DNA of 64,000 nt from Mobula hypostoma (GCF_963921235.1 NC_086104.1:135656001-135720000); one strand, 5' to 3'. Counted from the first letter of the stretch, positions 27,101-39,363 are shown. The notes: generated by a model not told the origin, from the letters alone. Program-made: numbers and translations.

Positions 27101-27685
27101 TTAGTCCTGGTTTGTATTGTGTTTTTTTGCGATAACATTCTGGGTGAATGTTGTATCTTTTTTTTAATACATGCATTTCTAAATGATAATAAACGAGGAC
27201 TGAGTGTCCACATAATCTAATCAAATCTAATCTAATTATGATTCCCGGAATGAAAGGTTTATCCATACGAGGAGCGTTTGATGGTTCTCTCTCTCTCTGT
27301 ACCCACTTGAATTCAGAAGGATAAGGGGGGAATCTCATTGAAGCCTTTCGAATGCTAAAAGGTCTAGACAGAGTAGATGTGGAAAGGATGTTTCCCATGG
27401 TGGGAGAGTCTAGGACGGGAGGGCACAGCTTGGAGATAAATTGGCGCTCTTTCGAAACAAAGATGCGGAGAAATTCCTTTAGCCAAAGGGTGCTGAATTT
27501 GTGGAATTTGTTCCCACATGGTGCTGTGAAGGCCAGGTCGTTTATTGTATTTAAGGCAGAGACTGATAGATTCTTGACTGGACATGGAATCAACGGCTGC
27601 GGGGAGAAGGCCAGGAACTGCAGTTGAGGAGCAGAAAAAAAGAAAAGATCAGCCAGGATTCTGCTCCTATGTCTTATGGTCTTAT
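24110..27685 (+). mobile_element. CR1 LINE (nested; EN plus RT) of a different subfamily
   Basis: LNAHSIRNKVEDL, YKSPGADELH, NYRPVSLTSVVGK, KFADDTKIGG; 3' tail TCTTATGGTCTTATG. Itself split at 26532-27235. Confidence 0.9.
26532..27235 (+). mobile_element. Non-autonomous ~700 bp retroposon (GAAGATGGCGGC head, (TCTAA)n tail), copy 1
   Basis: Interrupts CR1 between GTTCACG and ATGATTCCCGG; AATAAA followed by TCTAA repeats at the 3' end. Homologous to 37381 and 42613. Confidence 0.8.
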
Positions 27686-29193
27686 GCACCGAACCAGATA
27701 AAACCTAGGCTACTTTGTGCAGCAGTGACGGAGACTCTGGTGATGATCATTGCATCATCAATAGGGATCGGAGAAGAACCAGATGATTGGAAGGTTACAA
27801 ACGTTGTTCCCTTGTTCAATAAAGGTAGCAGAGATAACCGAGGAAATTATAGACCAGTGAGTCTATCTTCAGTGTGGGCAAGTTATCGGAGAATATCCTG
27901 AGAGGCAAGTTTACGAGCATTTGGAGAGAGATAATCTGATTAAGGATAGTCAGCGTGGCTTTATCAAGAACAGGTCATGTGTTACGAACAAGAGTAAATG
28001 TGGATGTAACAATACACATTGATGAAGGTAGAGCAATGAGTGTTGTGTATATGGATTTAGTAAGGCATTTGATAAGGTTCCCCATTAGAGACTCATTCAG
28101 ATTGTAATGCGACATGGGATCCAAGGGGATATTGCTTTGTGGAACAAGAAATGGCTTGTCCAGAGAGGGCAAGGGTGGTAGTAGATGGTTCGTTCTCTGC
28201 ATGGAGGACGGTGCCAGTGGTGTCACGCAGTAATCTATTCTGGGACCCCCTCCCCTTTGTGATTTGTATAAATGACTAATTTGAGAAAGTAGAAGGGTGG
28301 GTTAGTAGAATTGATGATGACACACAAGTTGGGAGTGTTGTGGATAGTCTGGAAGGTTGTCAGAGGTTACAGCGTGACATAGATAGGATGCATAACAGGG
28401 CTGAGAAATAAAAGATGGACTTCAACCCAGATAAGTGTGAAGTGTTTCATTTCGGTTGGTCAAATTTGAAGACAGAATATAGTACTAATGATAAGACTAT
28501 TGGCAGTGTGGAAGATTGGAGAGATCTTGGGGTCCGTGCCCATAGGACACTCAAAGCTGCGGCGCAGGTGGACAGTGTTGTTTAGACAGCCTATGGTGTG
28601 CTGCCTTCAGAAACCGTGGGATAGAGTTCAAAAGCCATGAGATAATGTTACAGATGTGTAAGAACTTAGAGTACTGTGTTCAGTTCTCGTCACCTTATTA
28701 CAGGAAGGATATGGATACTAAAGAGAGTGTGCAGCGGACATTTACAAGGATTTTGCCTGGATTGGAGAGCTTCCCTTATGAGAATAAAGTGAATGACGGA
28801 GCCTTTTCACCCTTGAATCGACGGAGGATTAGAGGTGACCTCAATGAGACGTATGAGATAATGAGAAGCTTTGATCATCTGCATAGCCACTGTCTTTTTT
28901 CCCAGGGCTGAAATGTCTACATGTGGGGTATAGTTTTACGGTGCTCGGAAGTAGGTAAAAAGGGGGTGTTAGAGGTAAATTATTCACACAGAAAGTGGTG
29001 GATGCGTGGAATGCACTGCCAGTGACGGTGGTAGAGGTGGATATAATAGGGTCCTTTAAGAAACTCTTAGAGAAATTCTGGGCTATGAGTTAAGAAATTC
29101 TTGGCAGTTTCTAGAGTCCGTTTTTGGTCGGCACAACATCGTGGGCCGAACAACTTTCAATGTGCTGTCAATTTCCATGCTTCCATGTGTCTA

Positions 29194-29468
29194 TTACACT
29201 CTTCTGTTTAATCTCCGAACAACTAGTTCTTCAATGTCCGACTTAGTCCAGGTTTCTGTGTCACCGATATTGCCATTGGAATAGGTCTGCATGACACAGG
29301 CGTCGGCATCGCCGGGCGGCCGTTTCTCTGCCTGCTCCTCCTTCTCGGACAGCCGGATGAAGTACCAGATAGCGAACTGGACCAGGTCTGCATGCCGATG
29401 CCGCAGCATCTCCACGCTGAAGGCTGCAACAGGTCGGTGAGTCCGGAGAGGGTCTCGATATTCATCAT
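29194..29468 (-). pseudogene. PRKAR2A: Processed pseudogene fragment of cAMP-dependent protein kinase type II regulatory subunit (D/D domain, linker and inhibitor site)
   Basis: Two minus-strand frames joined by a 1-nt frameshift near 29424 give MNIETLSGLTDLLQ/AFSVEMLRHRHADLVQFAIWYFIRLSEK...VMQTYSNG...SDIEELVVRRLNRRV*. This matches the RII N-terminus (MSIEIPxGLTELLQGYTVEVLR..P.DLVEFA..YFTRL) and the RFNRRVS autoinhibitory site. The region is a GC-rich island. RIIalpha versus RIIbeta is not certain. Confidence 0.85.
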
Positions 29469-29519
29469 AGCTCATTAGCCAGGATGGTGATCAGGTGATT
29501 AGAACGTTGATGAAATAAG

Positions 29520-30060
29520 ACATTTATGAGTAATGATTTGCAGTATTATGTCCATTTCTGGTCACCTGCTTACAGGAAATATATTAACAAGACTGTAAGA
29601 GTTCATGGAAAATTTACAATAATGTTTCCAGAACTTGAAGAGTTATAGGGAAAAGCTGAATATGTTAGAACTTCAGGATCTGGAACTCTGGACAATGGCA
29701 AGAGATTTTGCAAAAACAAACAAATTTATGAGGATTGTAGAATAGCCTTAATAAGCATAGGTTCCCACTGAAGTTGTGTGAGACTAAAACTATTTGCGAG
29801 AGATTAACGGTAAAACGGTGAAATATTTAAGCAGACTCGGAGGGGTATCTCCGCGGAAGGGACCAACACTGTCAAAAGAACTACCAATGGTGGATTGGGG
29901 TTCGATTTTAGCATTTAAGAAAAATTTGAATACATTTGTGGATGGAAGGAATATGGAAGGCAATAGACCGATTTCAAATAGATGTGACCTCAGAAAATAA
30001 TAGTCAGGCAATTATTAGATGGGCCGAAAAGAATCTTTCTATGTTGTGGATCTCCATGAG
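29520..30060 (+). mobile_element. Decayed CR1 3' fragment
   Basis: QYYVHFWSPAYRKYINK..RVHGKFT, AFKKNLNTFVDG. Confidence 0.65.
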
Positions 30061-30899
30061 CCTTTAACTCCATAATAGATCGGGGAGGGTGTGCAAATTG
30101 CGTCAGAACTGAAAACGTAGACTACATTGTTTCTCTGGGGAAAATGAGAAGACCTACATGAAAGTGCAGATGTGTACAATGCCCACTCTGTAAAGTTTGC
30201 TTATTTGAACTAGTGACTAAAAAGGGCTATAGTTTAAAATCTGTATTTCAATAACTTCTGAATAACAGTGGAATAAATCTGTACAATATCTCTTTTCCAG
30301 AGTAGTCCGATAACCATCTGTACTAACTGGCTGTACTGATTGAAATTTTCTTGGAGATGTGAAATGCCGTGACTTATTCAAACATAGAATATCCAGTGGG
30401 AATCAACTACGGTTATTGTAGCTTATGTTCACTGATAAGAATCATACATCAATGCACATGGCTCCAAGATTTGGGGCAGTGAACTATTGCTCGGCTGAGA
30501 TAAGTTATTCTATAATAAGGTAGTAATGCCTGGATTTCACTGATACAAAGGGGAAAGGGGTCAGTGTGATCAGATATATTTATCGAGAAGTACATAAATG
30601 TTACATATGGAGCTAAATAGATGTTTGAAATAAGGGTTAAAGGGAACAGGAACAGAAGAAGTCTTGCGGCTTGTATAGATTACCCATCATGGTGTTTTCT
30701 GGAGGAACAGTCTTGCGGTGATAGGTGGAATAATTTTACGCCTCTTTAATTGTACGTTGTGTTCTTAACAGATTTGTTTAATGATATCAGAATAGAGAAA
30801 ATGTGGTCATCTTAAATCAGTGCATTTTACATATATTTTACATAAATATGGAAGCTGATGGCAATTAAAGTAAAGGACTTACACTGAAAGGGACTTTGC

Positions 30900-33800
30900 T
30901 TGGTAGAATTTCCATGTATTCACTACAGGGAGGTAGTCACACCTAGGCTGTCAGAAGCAGGTCGTTGGGTGACAGTCACAGGAGAGAAAGCGAAGGTGAG
31001 AAGACAGGTGGTGCAGAGAACCCCTGTAGCTATTCCCCTGAATAATAAGTTTACCCTCCTGAATACTGCTGGCGGGGACGACCAACCAGGTGTGAGCCAC
31101 GGTGGCAGTGCCTCTGGCACTGAAACTGACACGGTGGTGCAGAAGCGTGGGATAGAGAAGAGCAGAACTGTTGTTACTGGAGACTCTACAGTCAGGGGAG
31201 CAAACAGGAGATTTTGTGGACGTGAGAAGGACACCCGCATGGTTTGTTGCCTCCCGGGTGCCAGGGTCCGGGATGTCTCTGACCGGGTGCATGACATCCT
31301 GGTACGAGAGGGAAAGCAACCAGAAGTCGTGGTACATGTTGGGACCAACGACATAGGCAGGAAGAAGGATGAGGTCCTGAAGTATGAATTTCGGGAACTA
31401 AGCAGAAGGCTGAAGAACAGGACCTCAAGGGTTGAGTTCTCAGGATTGCTGTCAGTGCTACGTGACAGTGATGGTAAGAATTGGAGGACATGGTAGTTGA
31501 ATGCGTGGCTGAGTAGTTGGTGCAGGGAGCAGGGTTTTGGATTTTGGATCATTGGGATCTGTTCTGGGGAAGGTGGGACCTCTACAGATTGGATGGGTTG
31601 CACCTGAACTCGAGGGGGAGCAATATCCTTGCAGGTCGGTTCGCTGGCATTGTTTGGGAGGGTTTAAACTAATTTGCAAGGAGGATTGGATCCGGAGCAA
31701 TAGAGCAGTGAAAGAAGTGCATGGAGTAAAGCCAAATCTAACATATAGAGAGGATTTGAGGAAAGAGAAGCAGAATAATCGGTATAAAGCAGTAAGGTAG
31801 AAGGGCTTAAATGTGTGCACCTCAATGCAAGAAGCATCAGGAACAAAGTTGATGAACTGAGAGCTTGGATACATACATGGAATTATGATGTAGTGGCTAT
31901 TACAGAGACTTGGCTGGCACCAGGGCAGGAATGGATTCTCAATATTCCCGGATTTCTGTGTTTTAAAAGGGATAGAGAGGGCGGAAAAGGGGGAGGAGGG
32001 TGGCATTACTGGTCAGGAATACTATTACAGCTACAGAAAGGGTGGGTAATGTAGTAGGATCCTCTTTTGAGTCAGTATGGGTGGACGTCAGGAACAGGAA
32101 GGGAGCAGTTACTCTACTGGGGGTATTCTATAGACCCCCTGGTAGCAGCAGAGATACAGAGGAGCAGATTGGGAGGCAGATTTCGAAAAGGTGCAAAAAT
32201 AACAGGGTTGTTTTCATGGGTGACTTTAACTTCCCTAATATTGATGGTAACTGATTAATTCCAAGGGTTTAGATGGGGCAGAGTTTGTTAAGTGTGTCCA
32301 GGACGGATTCCTCTCACAATATGTGGACAGGCCGACTAGGGGGAATGCCATACTGAATCTAGTAGAAGGTAATGAACCGGGTCAGGTGACAGATCTCTCA
32401 GTGGGTGAGCATCTGGGGGACAGTGACCACCACTCCCTGGCCTTTAGCATTATCATGGAAAAGGATAGAATCAGAGAGGACAGGAAAAAAAAATAATTGT
32501 GGAAGGGCAGATTTTGAGGCTATAAGGCTAGAACTTGCGGGTGTGAATTGGGATGATGTTTTTGCAGGAAAATGTACTATGGACATGTGGCCAATGTTTA
32601 CAGACCTCTTGCAGGTTGTTGGGGATAAACTTGTACCGCAGAGGAAGATAAAGAATGGTAGGGTGAAGGAACCATGGGTGACAAGTGAGGTGGAAAATCT
32701 AGTCAGTTGGAAGAAGGCAGCATACATGAGCTTTAGGCAGCAGGGATCAGATGGGTTTATTGAGGAATATAGGAAAGCAAGAAAGGAATTTAAGAAGGGG
32801 CTGAGAAGAGCAAGAAATGGGCATGTGAAGGCCCTGGCGAGTAGGGTAAAGGAAAAACTCAAGAAATTCTTCAATTATGTGAAGAATTAAAGGATGACAG
32901 GAGTGAAGGTAGGACCGATTAGAGATAAAGGTGGGAAGATGTGCCTGGAGGCTGTGGAAGTGAGCGAGGTCCTCAATGAATACTTCTCTTCGGTTTTCAC
33001 CATTGAGAGGGAACTTGATGATGGTGAGGACGATATGAGTCAGGTTGATGTTCTGGAGCATGTTGATATTAAGGGAGAGGAGGTGTTGGAGTTGTTAAAA
33101 TACACTAGGACGGATATATCCCCGGAGCCTGATGGAATATTCCCCATGCTGCTCCACTAATCGAGGGAAGAGATTGCTGAGCCTCTGGCTAGGATATTTA
33201 CGTCCTCGTTGTCTACGGGAATGCTACCGGAGGACTGGAGGGAGACGAATGTTGTCCTCTTGTTCAAAAAGGGTTGCAGGGATAGTCCGGGTAATTATAG
33301 ACCAGTGAGCCTTACATCTGTGGTTGGAAAGCTGTTGGAACAGATTCTTAGAGATAGGATCTCTGGGCACTTAGAGAATCATGGTCTGATCAGGGACAGT
33401 CCTCGCATTGCTTTGTGAAGAGCAGATCGTGTCTAACTAGCCTGATAGCGTTGTTTGAGGAGGTGACCAGGTATATAGATGAGGGTAGTGCAGTGAATGT
33501 GATCTATATGGATTTCAGTAAGGCATTTGACAAGGTTCCACACGGTAGGCTCATTCAGAAAGTCAGAAGGCATGGGATCCAGGGAAGTTTGGCCAGGAAG
33601 ATTCAGAATTGGCTTGCCTGCAGAAGGCAGAGGGTCGTGGTGGAGGGAGTACATTCAGATTGGAGGATTGTGACTAGTGGTGCCCCACAAGGATCTGTTC
33701 TGGGACCTCTACTCTTCGTGATTTTTATTAACGACCTGGATGTGCGGGTAGAAGGCTGGGTTGGGTTGGTGATGTTGTAGATAGTGTAGAGGATTGTCAA

Positions 33801-34590
33801 ATATTGCAGAGAGACATTGATAGCATGCAGAAGTAGGCTGAGAAGTGGCAGATGGAATTCAACCCGGAGAAGTGTGAGGTGGTACTCCAAGGCAGAGTAC
33901 AAAGTAAATGGCAGGATACTTGGTAGTGTGGAGGAGCAGAGGGATCTCGGGGTACATGTCCACAGATCCGTGAAAGTTGCCGCACAGGTGGATAGGGCAG
34001 TGAAGAAAGCTTATGGGGTGTTAGCTTTGATAAGTCGAAGTATTTAGTTTAAGAGTCGCGATTTAATGATGCAGCTCTCTAAAACTCCAGTTAGGCCACA
34101 CTTGGAGTACTGTGTCCAGTTCTGGTCTCCTCACTTTCAGAAGGATGTGGAAACACTGGAAAGGCAACAGAAGAGAATTACGAGGATGCTGCCTGGTTTA
34201 GAGAGTATGCATTATGATCAGAGATTAAGGGAGCTAGAGCTTTACTCTTTGGAGAGAAGGAGGATGAGAGGAGACATGATAGAGGTGTACAAGATAATAA
34301 GAGGAATAGATAGAGTGGATAGCCAGCGCCTCTTCCCCAGGGCACCACTGCTCAATACAAGAGGACATGGCTTTAAGGTAAGGAGTGGGAAGTTCAAGGG
34401 GGATATTAGAGGAAGGCATTTTACTCAGAGAGTGGTTGGTGCGTGGAATGCACTGCCTGAGTCAGTGGTGCAGGCAGATACACTCGTGAAGTTTAAGAGA
34501 CTACTAGACAGGTACATGGAGGAATTTAAGGTCGGGGCTTATATGGGAGGCAGGGTTTCAGGGTCGGCACAACATGTTCCATGTTCTATT
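30900..34590 (+). mobile_element. Near full-length CR1 LINE with ORF1 SGNH/GDSL esterase domain and disrupted ORF2 (APE endonuclease plus RT)
   Basis: ORF1: VVTGDSTVRG, CCLPGARVRDV, VVVHVGTNDI. ORF2: [61 protein letters not shown]. Several stops and frameshifts, and the FADD segment is deleted near 33760. Confidence 0.95.
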
Positions 34591-35699
34591 TCCACGCGGT
34601 CATTGCAGGACACTGTTCTTGCTTTTCTGCGCAATACATATCTGCAGCATCCAGATAGACGGATTTATTCACTACTTCTAATCTTCCCTTCGTTAAAAGC
34701 AGCAAGAGTAGAATGGAGGCATGGTCAAGTTTTTGGCAATGTGAGACGGAAAATGGAGTGAGAGTCTGGGTGAGTACAGGTGGATTCGTTTCTGTGAGCA
34801 CGGTCATAGCAGGGTGAATGCCAATTTTGCATTTCATATCATCACAGTGTTTAACACCCCATGATGAAGAAACAAGCAAAAAAAAAAAAGACATCCATAT
34901 ATCTGAACGTATCATGTTGAATTCAGAATTTCTGGTCTTCAATGAGAATGATGTACGATGCTTTCCGTGCTAATGAAACATTCCCGTACTGTAGAACTGT
35001 AGATCCGTTTTGATTGGATTCCTGTTACAGCATTTAAGCCAGAATCTTTGGAAATTCATTAACATATGGCAGTACAATAATTTGACATTGTCCAGTCAAG
35101 AATCTGAACAGAGGTGACGATGGAAGAGATGAGGAGGTCGGTGGGGGGGGGGGGGGGGTAATATTTAAAATTAGAACTGTTCTTGACACCATTTTGCAGA
35201 CAAAAAAATAATTCTGCACAATATTTCCAACTGCAGCTTGGTGAGGTCTAAGTGTAACTGGTGGAGATATTGGGATTTCCATAGAAGGTGAAGACAATTG
35301 TGTGCACGAGTCGTTGGGATAGAAATTTATGTCTAACCATTGTTCCTATTTTAAATAAATACTGCATCAGAGGAAGAGTCAGGTGAAGCAGTTTATGATG
35401 ATTTGGTCATTCAAAGATGACATTCATATCCCAGTCCGTTTCTCCAGAAGTGTGATCAACATCTTAACTTCTGACAATCAATCATGCATTTTGTAACACC
35501 CAATATCCATATGTTCCTGTTGCTCTGAGGTTTGATGTGAATTCTCTTCATTGATAACGTCACAAATTCGCTTTTAGGAATCAGTAGATTTTAAACAAAT
35601 ACCCGACCAGTACGATCAATGAGACAGGCCGGTAGAACATTGCAAACAGCACAGATGCATCACCATCCACAAAATAATTTCGTCCCATTTTAAATGTGG

Positions 35700-36100
35700 A
35701 CGAAACGCTTGTGACTGTGAGGATCACATAAATAGGAAGGCACAGCTACATTCTCATTATTTCCTTATCAGCTGCTGGCAAAAGGGCCAATTGGATCATC
35801 TCACAATCTCACATTGTCCCGAAAGTCATTGTAATTGGGCTGCCGGAGATTTTGGACTCGAACGACAGTGTAAGAAAATCACTTCCATACGATCTGATCC
35901 ACTGATCTTCCCACTGCCCAGGAAGAGGACCGCATCCTTCAAGCTGCAAGGAATCCCAGAGGGAGGTGAATATGCGAAAGACAATGAAAGTGTCCGGCGA
36001 AAAGACATGAAACCCCAGAGTAGAATGGCCAGTGTTTGACACTATGATTGATATGTAGTCCTGAATACAGTTCCGTTGCCAAAGATAACTGCACCTGGCA
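35700..36100 (+). mobile_element. Possible ancient L1 ORF1 remnant
   Basis: QEEDRILQAARN near 35920 resembles the L1 ORF1 C-terminal motif. Very degenerate. Confidence 0.3.
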
Positions 36101-36417
36101 AATTCAATGTCCGCCTTTTTTCTGTTGGCTCCAAAGGTAGCCTGTGATTACCTGATTCAGATTTAAATCGGTGTCTAGGTTCCCGCCTCTGTGGAAAACT
36201 CCGAACCGCGCTCGATGACTACCAGATTCATCCAACCTTTTTGTTGTAGTTTTGCCTTTAAAACTGATACTTGCGTATCGGCAGCATTAAATATTCGGTG
36301 ATATCATTGTACAATTATTTTCAAAATATAATTTCTGAAAAAGTTGTAGATATGCGTACTAAGTGATTAAATCAATTTGCCATGGAAATAAGAATCTCAT
36401 ACATTTCTGTTCAACAG

Positions 36418-36735
36418 GCCACTTGCAATTAAGGTTGTCCGGAAGTGATGATGCATGTGCTGGAAGACTGGAGATCTATTACAACGGATCCTGGGGAACA
36501 GTTTGTGATGACTCCTGGGATCTGGTTGACGCTAATGTGGTCTGCAAGCAACTGGGTTGTGGATATGCTTTAGAGGAAAAAATAATTATTGATTGCTGTG
36601 GTCAAGGCACTGGACTAGTTTGGTTGAATGAAGTGAATTGTTCTGGTAATGAATCGCATCTCTGGGAATGTCCCTCAGCTCCATGGGGCCAACATGACTG
36701 CAACCATAAAAAAGATGTGACAGTTTCGTGTTCTG
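36418..36735 (+). CDS. SRCR domain exon 4
   Basis: CAG acceptor ends 36417; GTAAG donor at 36736; 318 nt, phase 1-1. Translates [35 protein letters not shown]...[14 protein letters not shown]. Confidence 0.96.
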
Positions 36736-37380
36736 GTAAGGCTACTTCCATTGTGCTCATTTTCTGCCGTGCGGTAAGGGAATTTTCAGTTTGAAGATGT
36801 GGGAAATAATTTACAGCACCCAGATGGAGCACTGGCAAAGGATTGTCTGTGTAATGTTTCCCACTGCATTTAGGTAATAAAACAATTAATATTTTGCGTC
36901 CAAGTACCTTCATGAGGGCTGCAAAAAGGAACGGACATACATTTTTGAGCAGCAAAGAAGACGAAGGGGTTGGTGCCTAGAACAATGGCAACCCACTGAT
37001 TGCGTGAAGACGTATAAATTAATATAGCAGTTCGAGTAACCAGATCAGATTATGCCATGTTCTTTTAACTGACGTGCTGCTTATGGTAAGATCGTGATGT
37101 ATAGACGTCCTTCCCTGTGATATGGATAAACATTGGGACAGCCAGAACAAACCAGATGGTTACGAGGAGAACGTACAAAATCCTCACAGATAGCGGCGGT
37201 ATTGATCACGGTCGGCTGGTTCTGAAACAGCGTTACGCTAATAGCTCCGGTACTGAACTGAAAAAAAAAATGAAGCAACAATAGGAAACAAACGATCAGG
37301 TCTTATACAGTTAGATGCCAACATGTAAATACCCAACTCTGGGCAATACGATGTTGAATCTCGTGCAAGAAATTAAAGAC

Positions 37381-38061
37381 GAGGAGAAGATGGCGGCGCA
37401 GCGGCAGCGAGCGCGAACTCTCCGGTGAATGTTATCTGTAATCTGTCAAGTAGGGGACCGTGCACAATTCTGAATTGATGGAGACGGACATGAGGTTACG
37501 GAGGTACATCTGGAAATCTTCTGAAATGCCTGCTTCGCAGACGCTGCTACTGTGTGGTAACCGGAATCTCCGGACCAGAAGCCCCCGAATCCTCGGCTTT
37601 GTTTGTTTCAGCGGCCGGGGTTAGGTCGAAGGCGTTCGGCAGAGGATGGCGCTCGGGAGGCTGTATCGAAGGAGCTGGTCGGAGGCTCGAAGTTTTCGGA
37701 CGGACGTACTCAGTGTCGGCCGTGGTCGGCTGCTTCCAAGGCTTCGGCAAGTTGACGGTGCCTGGAGGTTTATTGCAGGAAGTTTCTCTCATTTTGCCGC
37801 TTGCTATCGGGGACTCGGGAGTCGATCGAATCGGGGACTTCGAGATTTTTTTACAGTGCCTATGGTTTGTTCATTATCAAATTATGGTATTGCTTTGCAC
37901 TGCTGTAACTATATGTTATAATTATGTGGTTCTGTCAGTGTAGGTCTTTGGTTTGTCCTGTTTTCTGCGATAACACTCCGGAGAAATATTGTATCATTTC
38001 TTAATGCACGTACGCATTTCTAAATGACAATGAAAGAGGACTGAGTGTTCTCATAACCTAA
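37381..38061 (+). mobile_element. Same non-autonomous retroposon, copy 2
   Basis: Starts GAGGAGAAGATGGCGGCGC; shares the CTTCTGAAATGCCTG and GGCTCGAAGTTTTCGGAC blocks and the GAGGACTGAGTGT.C.CATAA 3' end. Confidence 0.8.
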
Positions 38062-38892
38062 TAATTTTGAAAAAAAAAAGTTAAAGCATTGTTTCAATAG
38101 CTTCTGTTGCATTTGATTATTCAACTAAAGTGCGGCATGGTGTTGAAAAAAAAAAGACTAGGAGCTATCGGCGATGTTAATAAGGAACCAAAAGCGCACC
38201 TAAGCGACACTTTAGCGAATTGAATACAAATGCTGATCAGACCGATCAAGCTGCCAAGGAGAGACCAAATAATGACACAGACAATAATAACTGCAAGATA
38301 TACAAAATTCAATAAGTGTAGAAAATCTTTGCTTAAAAGTTGAAGACTGTTTGAGTCCTGGAACGAAGGAAGCTATCTGCAATTTAATAGATGGGGTCTG
38401 CGGAATAGACAGATGATACACTGAGGGGTGATTCGATGAAAAGTTGTACCGGTGATAGTTATTTATAAACTTTTCAATGGACCTTTATTGTTTCGTTCCG
38501 TCCATTTATTTCTAGATCTCTCTTCACTTCTCTGATCATGTTCAGACAATAATAAAACAAAATCTTGTTCCTCATCTTCCACCAAACCAGTACCCAGATT
38601 CAATGCATGATCGTTCACAATTCCCAGAAAACCTAACACAATTTCACCAACAGAACTCTTTCCCTTCTCCACATTCAGCAACTTTGTTGGAATACTCCTC
38701 TGTCTTATTCTTGATTTGATTATCCTTCAATACGTTCAAGTCCCTTATCAGTGTTTCGGGAGAGGGATTTATATTTTTTTTATGTATTCCTGATATATAT
38801 CACATGTAATTTTCTGTTTTACAAAAGCAATTTAAGTTTGTTGCCGTATGGGAACATTGCGATGATCTATGCATTAACTGCCTTGTTCTCAG

Positions 38893-39210
38893 AACACAAA
38901 GAAATACGCCTGATGAATGGAGAGCGGCGATGTGAAGGCAGAGTGGAAGTGCGGTACAATGGGACATGGGGAACCGTTTGTTCCGAAACACTGGATAAAA
39001 ATGCTGCGAACTTGATCTGTAAACAGATGAAATGCGGACCCCTGATATCTATTATATATGACTCCGATAAATATGGAAAGGGATATGGTCCAATATGGCT
39101 GGATGAGTTAAAATGTTCTTCGTACGAGAGGACCTTTTGGCAGTGTCGTGCTGATCCATGGGGGAAACACAACTGTGACCACAGGGAGGATGCAGGAGTT
39201 GTATGTGAAG
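38893..39210 (+). CDS. SRCR domain exon 5
   Basis: CAG acceptor ends 38892; GTAAC donor at 39211; 318 nt, phase 1-1. Translates EHKEIRLMNGERRCEGRVEVRYNGTWGTVC...HNCDHREDAGVVCE with 8 Cys. Confidence 0.96.
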
Positions 39211-39297
39211 GTAACAGAGGAAATCCATTACCTGATGATTTTCATTTTAAACGCAGATGATAAAAATAAACAATAATTATTTCTCTCTTGTCATCAG

Positions 39298-39363
39298 AGG
39301 CCAGAATACCGGAGAGTTGCAGCGTAAAATCCCGCGATTCACGAAATGTACCTGGTACTCAAG
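39298..39363 (+). CDS. Inter-domain linker micro-exon of the SRCR gene
   Basis: Pyrimidine tract and CAG ending 39297; GTTAG donor at 39364; 66 nt, open in phase 1-1: EARIPESCSVKSRDSRNVPGTQ. Confidence 0.7.

Larger units (their letters stand above)
22870..29190 (+). mobile_element. CR1 LINE (outer), interrupted at about 24110-27685 by a second CR1
   Basis: Endonuclease motifs (GDFNSP) at 23215. The DKS|PDK junction is split between 24107 and 27686. RT ([21 protein letters not shown]) and the 3' tail run to about 29190. Confidence 0.85.

Noticed and set aside
30900-31496. 198-aa esterase-like ORF as a host gene
   Set aside because: It is the known SGNH esterase ORF1 of a CR1 LINE, directly followed by ORF2.
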